From NCBI GenBank assembly GCA_051294905.1, contig CM119373.1, positions 4,776,001-4,836,000 on the forward strand: a DNA stretch of 60,000 nucleotides, read 5' to 3'. Shown piece by piece: positions 27,251-38,859 of this stretch. Position 1 is the stretch's first letter. Each line of letters opens with the position of its first letter. The DNA comes from Botryllus schlosseri (lineage: Eukaryota). Under the pieces are notes generated by a model. It saw only the letters and a list, made by a program, of their open reading frames with translations, searched no databases and was not told the DNA's origin. The translations under genes were made by a program, and so were the position numbers.

Positions 27251-28163
27251 AGGGGGGGGCCTCGAAAGCGCGTAAATCAACCAGGGGGGCCCTGGGCGAC
27301 CGCCCACCTCGCCCACCCCGAAAGCCACCACTGGTTCCAACCATCCCATAAAGATATACGTCGGGTGGTAATTGTCCGTAGGCTCATACAACATGTTTTT
27401 TGGAGAGTATTTACAAAATTTTGGCACAATTTTACAATTTGCTTGGCATGGTTCTTCACATCAAGAAGGGCATGATGAAAATTTTTGATCTAGACACATT
27501 GTTAGAATGAAGCAACACGGTTTGACATCAGCAATGTACGTACAACTTCAGTGTTGCCGGCCAACAGCTGCTGCTGTTGAACTTTCTTCCTCCATTCTTG
27601 GCAAGCCACGTTGTAACGACAGACACTTTCTACCCGATAACGTGGGAAAGTATCTGTCGTTGTACCAAAACAAATTTCAATTATTTTACCATTATACGTG
27701 ATGTAACTACCGGAATTTTTCATAGGCCTAGATTTCGGTAAAATAAAGCTTTTTCATATAAACTTTCGTCGGTTTTTGAGTCGAATGTTTTTAAGACCAA
27801 ACTACTTCGCAGGGTCAGACAGTTCCAACCAGAATTGAAGATAAGTAGTTCCAATTCTAACATTATATGGGAAAACAACTAATTTGCTTACGTCTGGTAA
27901 GAATTTCGTCCAAATTAAGTTTAAGATCACAAAATGTCAAAACTTTGATTTTTTTGGTGACAAAAATTGCCATAATGATGAGCATTGACGAATTTCACGC
28001 AACTAGTAGATCATAATGTTTCTAAGACACTAATTCATCAAAGGTCAGATTTCTCCAACTTTTCATGGCCCATGGAACATGATCTTTAGTCATAATCAGT
28101 AATCAGTATTCACCATAAGTGAGTCACAATTCATAAGCAGCTTCGTAATAATTGTATAATCTA

Positions 28164-28505
28164 TCATGACAGTCTAAAAATTGTTTTCTGCCAGCATGAT
28201 ACAAGGCAACATCGGTCGACGAATTTAGTATACTGATCATAATATGCAAATCCGTCGACACTGTCTGACTGGCAAAATCTGAACAACAATACGTCATTTC
28301 CAGACAGTGTCATAATCACCCGTCCTTTCATCCTTTCCGATTGGCATCCGTCCTTTATTGAAGTTGGGGCTGAGTTGAATAAATTTAATGTCGAGCAGCA
28401 AAATTTGCCCGTATAAATTTGCCCCGAGTTAGTGCAACGTATATGATATTGATACGGGAACCACGCACCGTCGTCTGTCGCAATGGAGTCAAAATGAAAT
28501 AACAA
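28164..28505 (-). CDS. Orphan 113-aa ORF or exon of unknown function
   Basis: Open, protein-like composition (DDGAWFPYQYHIRC...) in non-TE background; no family recognised. Confidence 0.25.
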   Translation of the reverse strand: MLFHFDSIATDDGAWFPYQYHIRCTNSGQIYTGKFCCSTLNLFNSAPTSIKDGCQSERMKGRVIMTLSGNDVLLFRFCQSDSVDGFAYYDQYTKFVDRCCLVSCWQKTIFRLS

Positions 28506-29889
28506 TAACCACCATTTACTGTAACAAGTGCAATTGTAATCGCAATTATAAATGATAACGGTATATTCCTAGAGTTGGTTAAGGCCGTGTGGATGCTTTA
28601 GGGGAAAAGACAGTTGTTCTAAACCGCTTGCCTCTATTTTAGGGTTCGCAAAGATGTTGGGCGATTTCAGCCAGACTTGGACAACTAGAAAATTTTCGGC
28701 TTCTCCAAATTAGAATAGAATTGGATTACTGGCATTTCGATCTAATTTAGTGAAATTAGACAACTAGAATTATCTAGTTGTCCGAGCATATACTTGGACA
28801 ACTAGAAAATTTTCAGCTTTTCCAAATTAGATTAGAATTAGATTATTGGCATTTCGCTCTAATTTAGTGAAATTAGACAACTAGAATTACCTAGTTGTCC
28901 AAGTCCGATTTCAGCTTCCAAAATAGGCCGTAAATATGAGCAAGCTGACCTTTATTAGTAATCATCCTATCAATTTTCGAGCTGTACCGCAGAACATTTT
29001 GAAACTGAAAATGAGGTTGCGACCATAAAAGGTTGGAGACCACCCACTAGATGTGCAACCTGCTGGTGCAGTTCATAGCAATATATGGAAAAACCAATAA
29101 TATTAACAGAATTCATTTACAAAATTCAACAACCTGATGCATATATAGTAAGCCCCCACAAAGTTGCATCGACTTTCCTATGGTGGGCTCCAACTTGATG
29201 CTTTTTGGGGCCAAAAGGGTCTCAAAAATGTTGTTTCGGATCTGGTTAAAACACACAGAGAATCGCACCGACCTAACAGTACAGCAGGGATGTTAAACAG
29301 ACACCTGCCGGCCAGATAAAGACCGCCAGACTATTTCATCTGGCTCGTGAATATATTTGTTGCACACCCTAGCATTCACATGAGCTCACCCCAATGTAAG
29401 AAGCCCACTTGAAGGCTCCAAAGCAGGGTTACCAACGCGGTGCCCGCGGGCCCCAGGTAGCCTGCGAGGACCAGTTGGATAGCCCGCGAGCCTGTTTCAA
29501 AAATAGATCGAATAGCAGCAATAACCAATATTCGTCAGATTATTACCAGTGAGCTTTTAAATGTATAGATTGATTGATTTAGCTATTCTTGTTTAAATCA
29601 CACCAACATTTAACTTTATATATACATAATACATGTATATATAAACACTGAAAATGACGATATAAAATATCCTCAATTACAATTAGTAATATACCAACAT
29701 GTAGCCTAAAAGAATCATAAGATATCGAAGACTTGGCATACGGCGCACTGCCAGCGTACTCTACAGCAGTGGTTCTTGACCTTGCCTCCTGGCGATTTTG
29801 AAGGGGGCGGAAACGCGCAGGGGGCGATATGGGGGGCGCTGGACTCAGGGGGGCGATATGGGGGGCGCTGGAGAAAAATGGCTTCGCAG

Positions 29890-32184
29890 TAGATGATTTG
29901 GTAGTAGGACATATCCGTAATGAGTATTCAGAGCGAATTAACGTAAATTCACATTCGGTACTGAAGTCAAATCTATACGCAAACAAGTAAGATGTAAACG
30001 AGAAGCTAAGGAGGCTGAAACAAGGCAGCGTAAAAGATCACGTGATGACATGCTGGAGGCATCTACGTGGATATCACCGGACTCCATTCTCACTAGCACT
30101 AGTAGTGACACAGGCTCTTCTGCCTCTGTATTAACAACTGACGATGATATGCCAGGTTCCAGTAGATCAAATCGATCTGATTTCGTGTTGTTGAAAGTCC
30201 CACGAAGAATATCATCTCTGCCTTCAGTAATTGCTGCTGCTGATAGACATAAACTTTCAAATCACGGATTAAATGATATTTTGGCATCCGTTATCAGAGC
30301 ATCTGGCGGTGATGTCAATGACTTCATTTTAAGTGAGTCAACAACTTCACGGTGGCATCAGGCTGTTCGGAGTAACTATTGTTGGGAAATCAACGAACAA
30401 TTGAAATTAGCATCAAAAGGGAAACTATTTTACAATTCACTGGGACGAGAAACTTCTGAAGCAGGGTACTGATATGTTTCCCAAACAGCACATCGCCATA
30501 TTGGCAAGTGCTGGAGGGGAATCAAAGCTTCTTGTGACTACAGATTTACAATCCGGGACTGGGTTTAATCAATCTTCAGCTATCCTAATTGCTGCTGCTG
30601 ATAGACATAAACTTACAAATCACGGATTAAATGATATTTTGGCATCCGTTATCAGAGCATCTGGCGGTGATGTCAATGACTTCATTTTAAGTGAGTCAAC
30701 AACTTCACGGTGGCGTCAGGCTGTTCGGAGAAACTATTGTTGGAAAATCAAGGAACAATTAAAATTAGCATCAAAAGGGAAAATATTTTACAGTTCACTG
30801 GGACGAGAAACTTCTGAAGCAGGGTACTGATATGTTTCCCAAACAGCACATCGCCATATTGGCAAGTGCTGGAGGAAAATCAAAGCTTCCTGGGACTACA
30901 GATCTACAATCCGGGACTGGATTTAATTAATCTTCAGCTATCGAAGAAATACTAAACGAATGGCAAATTCGGGATAATTGCTTAGCCATGTGTTTTGACA
31001 CGACGTCCTCAAACACTGGCAAATTTAGTGGTGCATGCATTTTGCTGGAAGCTTTGCTAGGACATCCACTACTTTTCGCCGCATGCCGTCATCATATTTT
31101 TGAAATCATTTTATCAAATGTGCTCCAGAGTGTTTTCGGTGCATCAACTGGCCCAAAACTTGATATTTTTGATTATTTGAAAAAAACGTGGGATATTTTG
31201 AATCATGAAAATGAAACGAATCATCTGGTAATTGGAGAAAATGTTGAAAAGGGTGATGTATTACAGGCAAAATCCACTTTAGACAAGCTACGTTCCAACA
31301 GTAACTACACCCCACGAGATGACTACAAGGAGTTGCTTACTCTTTCTATATTTTACATTGATAAGGCAGCATTTCCTAATTTCACATTTCGCAGGCCAGG
31401 ACCTCATCATAGAGCGCGGTGGATGTCATCTGCAATTTACACGTTAAAGATGCTTCTTCTACAAGACCAAATTGATCTTGACGAGTCCACTCTCATGAAG
31501 ATGAAGCGTTTTGGTGACTTCATTGCATGTTTTTATACCTGTTATTGGCTTCAAGCTCTCCTCCCCTCCCCTCGGAGGCTGCAGTCTATGATTTGCAATT
31601 TTACCGAAAAATGCTGGAAGTTTCCGTTAGCAATGGCCCAATGAGGGAAATTGCAACAACTGTAATTTCCTCATTCAAGGGCCATCTCTGGTATTTGTCA
31701 AAATAGCTTATTCCCTTTGCTTTATCCTCAGAATCTTTATCCCCTGACGAAAAAGAATCACTTGCTTTGAAAATTTATGAATCCTTTGAAAGATGTGCGG
31801 ATTCCTCTATGACACCGCAGAAACCTGTTTTTCCGACGGTTTCTGAAGAAACGAGACTTCATCATCTGGTCGGTGACAGATCAACCACTGGTCGGTGACA
31901 GATCAACCATACTTCTTAAACGAATGAAATTCAGTTTAGATGCCATGGAATTTCTTGAGCATCCATCGACAACGTGGCTTCAATTTTCCAAGTATAGGTA
32001 CCTTGAAAATGTAGTGAGATCTTTGAAAGTTGTGAATGATCCTGCAGAAAGGGGAATTCGTCTCCTTGAGGAGTACAAAGACATCCTCACGCATGACTCA
32101 TATGAAAGGAATGTAATAATGCAGTGCGTTGAAAACAGCCGCAAGCTTCGCTCAGATTTCAAAAAATCCTCATTGGCACATAAA
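29890..32184 (+). pseudogene. hAT-superfamily (hATm-like) transposase pseudogene, 5'-truncated
   Basis: IHWDEKLL (D1), CFDTTSSNTG (D2), ACRHH (CxxH), HRARWM and VNDPAERG (E). Contains a 358-bp internal tandem duplication, frameshifts and stops. Confidence 0.88.
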
Positions 32185-32394
32185 TAATTTGAAATTGGTG
32201 AATATGATGTAAATGTGCTAAATAAATTCTACTTTTACGCTTTTCAATATTGTATCTGGTCGTTTTTGTATTATTGTTTCTTTGGTGAAAATACATTTCG
32301 GTCTTTGGTGAAAATACATTGCGGTAACTTTTTCGTTTGATAAAATACACTTCATTCAATGGAAATGGTGTCATTTGAAATAAATAACCATCCA

Positions 32395-32670
32395 GGGTGG
32401 CGAGATAGCGCAGTGGTATAATCCGCGGCTACAACACCAATGGGTGCGGGTTCGAGTCCGACCGAGGTCGACTTCCGAATTCCGAAATCTAAGTGTTGGA
32501 GGTTTACCTAGGCTCCTCCTCGCCACCTCATCCGCGTCAGCGGTGTCTTACAAAAGCCTAGAGGTGGGCCGTGCTATAAGTCGGCAGTTACGGAAAAATA
32601 CAAAGAATATCGGCCTGGTGTAAATACCACAGTAGTCGACAAACACCATGAATACCCCAAAAAAACAAAC
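32395..32670 (+). mobile_element. tRNA-derived SINE
   Basis: Box A TAGCGCAGTGG and box B GGTTCGAGTCC; non-tRNA body; A-rich tail; perfect 13-bp TSD aaataaccatcca (32382-32394 and 32671-32683). Confidence 0.9.
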
Positions 32671-32795
32671 AAATAACCATCCATCTGGCTTCCAGGTAAT
32701 TTTTAAACCTCAAGACATCTAAAAATGTTAGGCAATACTTCTCGTTCAACCACACTGAGCAGGTTTTTTTTTCATAGAAGTTTTTTTTTCCCTAC

Positions 32796-33750
32796 GTAGT
32801 ACGGGAGATGTGGTACCGATGGATCAAAAATTGGAAAATGATCGCTGGCCCCAAAATGTTCAGCCGAAAACAGCAGATCTTTTGTTGACTCAGCACTTTG
32901 ATACAAGCTCTACCTGTCGCGCACATATGCATGAATATCCGTCTTTTCAAAAAATATTTATGGACGTTAAAAATTTGTTGCTCGTACGTATCATCGGTCC
33001 CCACCCGGTGGGTCCAATGGCACACGACCCGGGGACCTATGAGACATACACCCTAAAAACTCAGATGTGACAACTTTTCTTGCTCAGTATTATAATCTAA
33101 GCTACAGCAAGCCAAAGAAGAATGTTTGGTCGCAACCGTCAAAAAATACAATATATATTAGCTCAAATGTTGTCATAAAATCACGTTTCGATTTACCGGA
33201 TTTAGGCTCGAATTTATAAATTTGAGGGTATATACATATTGCACGAAAATCGACAGTGTGACTTCCAAATACCTCGTTATAGCGATAAAACATCATATGC
33301 AATTATTACATAATTATGTTCTGTACGTAGGCGTGTTTCATTTGTTTCATGATTAGTATGCTTGATTATTTCGCTTAATTTGGCTATTGTATCATCGGTC
33401 CCCACCCTACGAATTTTATACATGAATCTAAAAAAAATCCACTCAAGGAAGGTACTATGATATAGCCTGATACAAGCCCTACACTTCACAATAAAAATGA
33501 TTGCTGGTTTGTTCGTGCTGAAGGTTACAAAGAAAAATTTATATGTCGATTTAAATTTAGTTTACACCCCCCAAAACTGTGAGAGAGCCCATAGCTCGCG
33601 CACGTCGAATTTTTTTTGTACGTGAGGAAAGATTTTGCCAGCATGCAATTGTAGACAGGTTCACGAAGTGTAATCATGAAATTATCATAGAGAATTTTCA
33701 AAGTATTTTCGGTCCCAGTGATCTATCGGTACCACATCTCCTCTACCTAC
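32796..33750. mobile_element. TIR element or MITE
   Basis: Inverted repeat ggagatgtggtaccgat (about 32804) and atcggtaccacatctcc (about 33725); exact ends uncertain. Confidence 0.6.
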
Positions 33751-34211
33751 CTTACTTTACTCTTCTTGTAGATATAGAAAGCTACCTTCGATACAGATTA
33801 TTTCTGTGACTCCGTCATCCGTCACAGGCATTCAAGTATATACCGCTTGTACAGTGGCTATTTCAGAAACACTGATTCTAGTGAATGATGGTATTTTTCG
33901 GAAAAATTTCCTAGTTTTTAAATTGCTGGAGCAATGCGGCTACTGGCTAGAATTGAACCAAATTTGGTGTGTAGCCTTAAATTAGGTAACCTAACAATTT
34001 TATCAAGTACCAGTACGATTTGAGAAAAAAAGTCATTTTTGAAGAGCCCTAATGTTCAATTTCGTGAAAGAATTCTGTCAATAATATTGGTTTTTCCATA
34101 TAATCATATTAAATTTTTATCCTCTCCGCCCGCATGATCAGAGTTCGCGGTAGAGCTGGTGGATGTAAGGACTTCGAACATGCAGGTGACTTGCACATTG
34201 TTAAGTCATGT

Positions 34212-34665
34212 TAGGCTTACCATATTTCGGAAATGAAAAAAGAGGACACTTTTTCAGAAATTTCAGACATGCAAAACTGGAGAAGAATTCTCAAAAACCG
34301 GTAAATTTTTCCCACTTCATGATCGGTTGACTAAAAAAAAAAAAAAAAATCATCACTTCCGCTCAGAGCTCAAAATCATGTTTTTCACTCCACATTGCCA
34401 GGTGGATGACTAAAAAAAAAAAAAAAAAAAAAAAAGGTCTTCTTTTCGCTCAGAGCTGAAATCACCACTTTTCCCTCCGGAATACCCGCCGGAGCTTCAC
34501 TTCTGCGCTAATTTGCGGCATATCACTCGCAATTTCCTCTAAATCTGACCTAAAATTTTTAAAAAAGAGGACAAAATCTCAAAAAAGAGGACAAAAGGGC
34601 GTCCTCCGGGGACACTTTCAAAAAAGAGGACAAATCCTCTTAAAAGAGGACGTATGGTAAGCCTA
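34212..34665. mobile_element. hAT-type MITE
   Basis: TIRs taggcttaccata...tatggtaagccta; perfect TSD agtcatgt; AAAGAGGAC subterminal repeats. Confidence 0.92.
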
Positions 34666-35059
34666 AGTCATGTTCATCTCACACAGGTAAGACTATTTAT
34701 GAGTCGAAATAACAATCCGCAGCAGTGACAGGTTGCAGGTTTCATATCTGGTGGCTCCCAACTGTTTATGGTCGCGATTCCATTCCTAATTTGACAATAA
34801 CGCGAAACAATAATTTCATATTGCTAATTTATTCGCTAACAGCTTTTCGACTGACCCTCATCAGTAGCGAACGTCAGTGATAGGGTCGATCAAATTCGAA
34901 ATGTAAGAACTATTTTGTGTCTATGACGTAATCATAACAAACACCTAGTAGACGGGCAAGATACGGTAGTAACGATACAAAACAAACGTTAACGAGCAAA
35001 TATTCGGATATAAATAACCGAGAACACAGCACACAGCATTAAGGAAATATTCCAAGGGC

Positions 35060-35390
35060 AACTCTAAACGGCGGACCGCGGAACAGCGGAACATGTAATA
35101 CTAAACGGCGGACCGAGCGGAACTGCGGACCGAGCGGACCATAAGAAAATAGCTCAATACTAAACGGCGGAACGAGCGGACCGCGGAACTAGCGGAACTT
35201 GCAATACTAAACGGCGGACCGAGCGGAACTGCGGACCGAGCGGACCATAAGAAAATAGCTCAATACTAAACGGCGGAACGAGCGGACCGCGGAACTAGCG
35301 GAACTTGCAATACTAAACGGCGGACCGAGCGGAACTGCGGACCGAGCGGACTACTACAACGACCACAATGTAAACAGCGGACCGCGGATC
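35060..35390. repeat. 106-bp tandem repeat built from GCGGA(A/C)C submotifs
   Basis: ctaaacggcggaccgagcggaactgcgg at 35101, 35207 and 35313. Confidence 0.85.
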
Positions 35391-36003
35391 AGGCGCAACC
35401 CGCAAATGTCGCAATACTTCTAATTTCTGAAGGGGTGCCTTTCATTTTGGCAATAAGGAGCATACCGAACATAAGGGCATCTTGTCTAGCAGACATGGGG
35501 TGATTACTTCATGAATGTAATCGATTGCGATTACGATTACTTCAGAATCACGCGATTACGATTACGATTACGATTACAGCAAAATCACGAAGTAGTCGAT
35601 TACGATTACGATTACATTCGAAAAGTAATCACGATTACTCACGATTACATTTGTTTTGCTTCTTAGGACTGTAATCTTAAATGATATATTGGAAGACAAT
35701 ACACAAGAATTGCGATGAAAAGGCTTAATGAGATATCAACTCTCTTCATACATCATGCGTCATTTGCTTATTACGTCATAATATACCAATTGCCCAACTT
35801 TGGGATGATTTATCGCACGTAACGATTTGGATTATTGCCAGGTCTTTACCTGCCGCACCCCAAATTCCTTAATATGGTGGGGAGCGTGCTCGAGGGGGAC
35901 TTAAAAGTATTTCGTAAATCAACATAAATTATAGAGTATTTTCGAGAATTCAATTAATTCTTGAAAATGTTCTTCGAGCTTCGCGATTCAAATGTCTCTA
36001 GTA

Positions 36004-36485
36004 CAGGGGTCACCAACGCGGACCAAATGAGTCGCCCGCGGTCGCTGTAGCAAATATTCAAATGAAAGATTTGAAAGTTGAAGCTGGTTTCATATGAGCA
36101 GCAGTTGAACATCGGTCGGCCGACCCCAGGGAACATACGAACGCAGTCGCTCGGGGCATTGCCCGTCTTCGCCCACGCGTTGGCTCAACGGCAATCTATA
36201 GTTAATATTCCCGAGTCTCGACGCGTAGATTGGCGCTTCGGCGCGCACTGCAGCAACGCAACTGAGCCCGGAGGAGCTGGCGTGAGTCTCGGCGATTGAG
36301 CGTTTTATGTTCTTGGTAAGGGGCGGAAACCCGGCCCAGTGCTCTGATTGTCTTCCTCTAAGTGAAGAAATCCAACTGATCACGGATAAACGGCGGGAAT
36401 AAGTGGTAACCCGTCGGTCGTCGCAATAATCAGTACACACTACAAAAGGAGTAGCTTTTTGTTTCAAAACGGTTGGTGACCCCTG
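36004..36485. mobile_element. hAT-type MITE
   Basis: caggggtcaccaac...gttggtgacccctg; TSD ctctagta / ttccagta (6 of 8). A related left end lies at about 29424. Confidence 0.8.
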
Positions 36486-36743
36486 TTCCAGTAGATAGCT
36501 GGGTTTGAAATGCATACCTCTCCCCCTCAAAAAAACATGCATAGGCTATTTTATGGGAACAGGCCTTTCGGAGCCGGTCATTACCGCGCCACGATCCCAC
36601 AACACACCAAAAGACATATGCAGTTTCAGCTAACACGCAACTCCACGGGATGTGATACCAAAGAAATACCTTGGCCGAAACTTAAGGTATTCGTCCATTG
36701 TCAATAGCCGCGTTGGGTGGGCGTGACTAATAATAGTCCTGTC

Positions 36744-37340
36744 CAGGGTTGTAACCAAGTCACAAGGCACCGAGTCACAAGTCAATCTCAGTTTTATAGT
36801 TTTGACTCGAGTCAAGTCGAGTCATTTTCAATTCACCACCGAGTCAAGTCCGAGTCCAAGTCATCGAAAATAGAGTCGAGTCCGAGTCACGGTATTATGA
36901 CTCGAGTCGAGTCCAAGTCATTGTGTTGACTGCTCAGATTCCTGTTAATGTCTTGGTAAACCCACCATTTATAACTCTGTTTGGTGATGTCGACTGGTTC
37001 GCATTTCTAATATACTAATTTTCCTCACTTTTAGCAGTTTTTGGTCGCATTTTCAAGTACCAGTACCCATAGACGAAATCCCAATAGCGTGGTTACTTTA
37101 CTATTCTTCGAAAATACAATGAAATGTCGGTCTTGGCGGTCTGCGTATCGAGTCATATGACTTGGCTCGAGTCATGCACAATGACTCGAGTCTAAGTCGA
37201 GTCAATACAGAAATTGACTCGAGTCGAGTCGAGTCATTTTAGTATTTTGAGAAAATGACTCGAGTCAAGTCGAGTCATCAAAAAATGGTGACTCGAGTCC
37301 GACTCGAGTCGAGTCATGACTCGAGTCATTACAACCCCTG
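36744..37340. mobile_element. hAT-type MITE with GAGTC/GACTC repeats
   Basis: cagggttgtaa...ttacaacccctg; perfect TSD gtcctgtc. Confidence 0.92.
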
Positions 37341-38859
37341 GTCCTGTCCTTCCAATCTGAGCCCACAATCAAATGCCACCCGGCGCATCCACATAGGAAT
37401 AAAGCCATGACAATTTGCGTGTGCGTCTCACGAAAGATATTCTTTTAGTCTGCTATGTTTGGGCGAGTACAATATCTGTTGATTAATCAACAGACTGGAG
37501 GTCACGAATTAACAACATACAATAAAGTAATTATAACAACATACCAGATGCTATAATTATGAACTACGTGCCCCAGCTCTACAGGTAAATCTGACACTCG
37601 GGGCTGAGAGAGGTTAAAAATGAATAGTAATTAAATTCAATGACCAATATTATTGACGAAATTCAGTTTTGAAAATTGACCAACGGTTGGACTGGGGGAC
37701 GAATTGCTGTTGGTTCTGACTCTAGCTACAACCCAAGCTAACATGTCAGGCTATATAAGCGGATGGTTATGGCGGCAGGTCAAAATGCTGAGTAACGAAC
37801 TGTGAAATAACGATTGACGCCCGTTTCAAGTCGTTATATGAGAATAAGATATAGTGAACAATAAAATTCTGCCTTCAACTTAATACAGATACTGCGAGCT
37901 GCTGTTACGAGAAACGGCTAAGCACGGCTCGGTTATGATATATATCAGCACTAGCAGCTGTTTATTTGTAATGCTTCGTTGTGGAAACTGCAATGTTTTA
38001 TTCGACGAGTACAAAACTCCGAATTTTTGTCAGGTGTACGTTGTACGTGCGTACGTAGGCCTACTGCTCGCCAAGCCAAGCCAAACGTTGAAACTGCGTT
38101 TAACTGGGCACAACCAAACATCAATACATAAACCAATGATGATGAAGTTACTATTTGAAACTATAGGCAGAGTGGTGATCAATATCCTGCTGCGAGGTAG
38201 GGGCTTCTGTAGTGTATTGATAACCTGATATACACCACGGGGGTGTTCTTACAATCACACTACAATGTCCACCGCATGTCTGTTTACAATGTGTGGATAC
38301 TTCTTACGCAATGACGAGCGGAGCTAATACTTTGAAGTGGCGTTTGAAAATAAGACGTTTGTGCTATCGCTAACGTGGTATATTATCTCATTCTTGTTCA
38401 CGAATATTCAGTTTATGTCATAGTCCTTGTACAAACAAAAAGTAATCGTTCTTTCACAAAGAAATCGATTAGATATGGGAAGTAGTCAATTACGATTACG
38501 ATTACTTCGGATTTTTTTCGAATGTAATCGATTGCGATTACGATTACTTCAAAATGCTGTAATCGTCGTAATCGATTACGATTACTAATCGCGATTACCC
38601 CATGTCTGGGTTGAGGCACTTGAATGGAAGAGGCTATGTAGTGCCGCTATGTATCAATATGGTATCGCGGCGAAATTCCGCATGAATGCACGGCGACCTT
38701 GGTATGTCGCCTAATTGTGACTGCGACGTGCGACGTAATCAACAACGGCGGGAAATGGTAGGTAATTGAGCGCGGGGTTGATATGGATATCACATAGGTG
38801 AGTGGAAGTCGGACTGACGGTTAGTTATGATTCCTCTCGAACGCTGTAGAACGTTGTAA

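Larger units (their letters stand above)
22954..27333. mobile_element. 4.4-kb non-autonomous hAT-type element carrying satellite arrays
   Basis: TIRs cagtggtggc...gccaccactg; perfect TSD gttccaac (22946-22953 and 27334-27341). Confidence 0.88.
35490..38608. mobile_element. GATTAC-repeat hAT-like element ends (one element or two half elements)
   Basis: cagacatggggt at 35490 and accccatgtctg ending at 38608, each with GATTAC arrays, but no matching TSD. Confidence 0.5.

Noticed and set aside
32395..32470. Functional tRNA gene
   Set aside because: I could not fold a convincing acceptor or anticodon stem; the non-tRNA body, A-tail and TSD indicate a SINE.
33040..33055. acacccta as the right end of the first hATm element
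   Set aside because: It lies inside another TIR element, and no matching left TIR or TSD was found.
35060..35390. Regularly spaced repeats resembling a CRISPR array
   Set aside because: The intervening sequences are themselves repeated (106-bp period), there are no unique spacers or cas genes, and the context is eukaryotic.
35490..38608. Single intact 3.1-kb element that captured genes
   Set aside because: The flanks ttgtctag and ggttgagg do not form a TSD, so the two ends may belong to different insertions.
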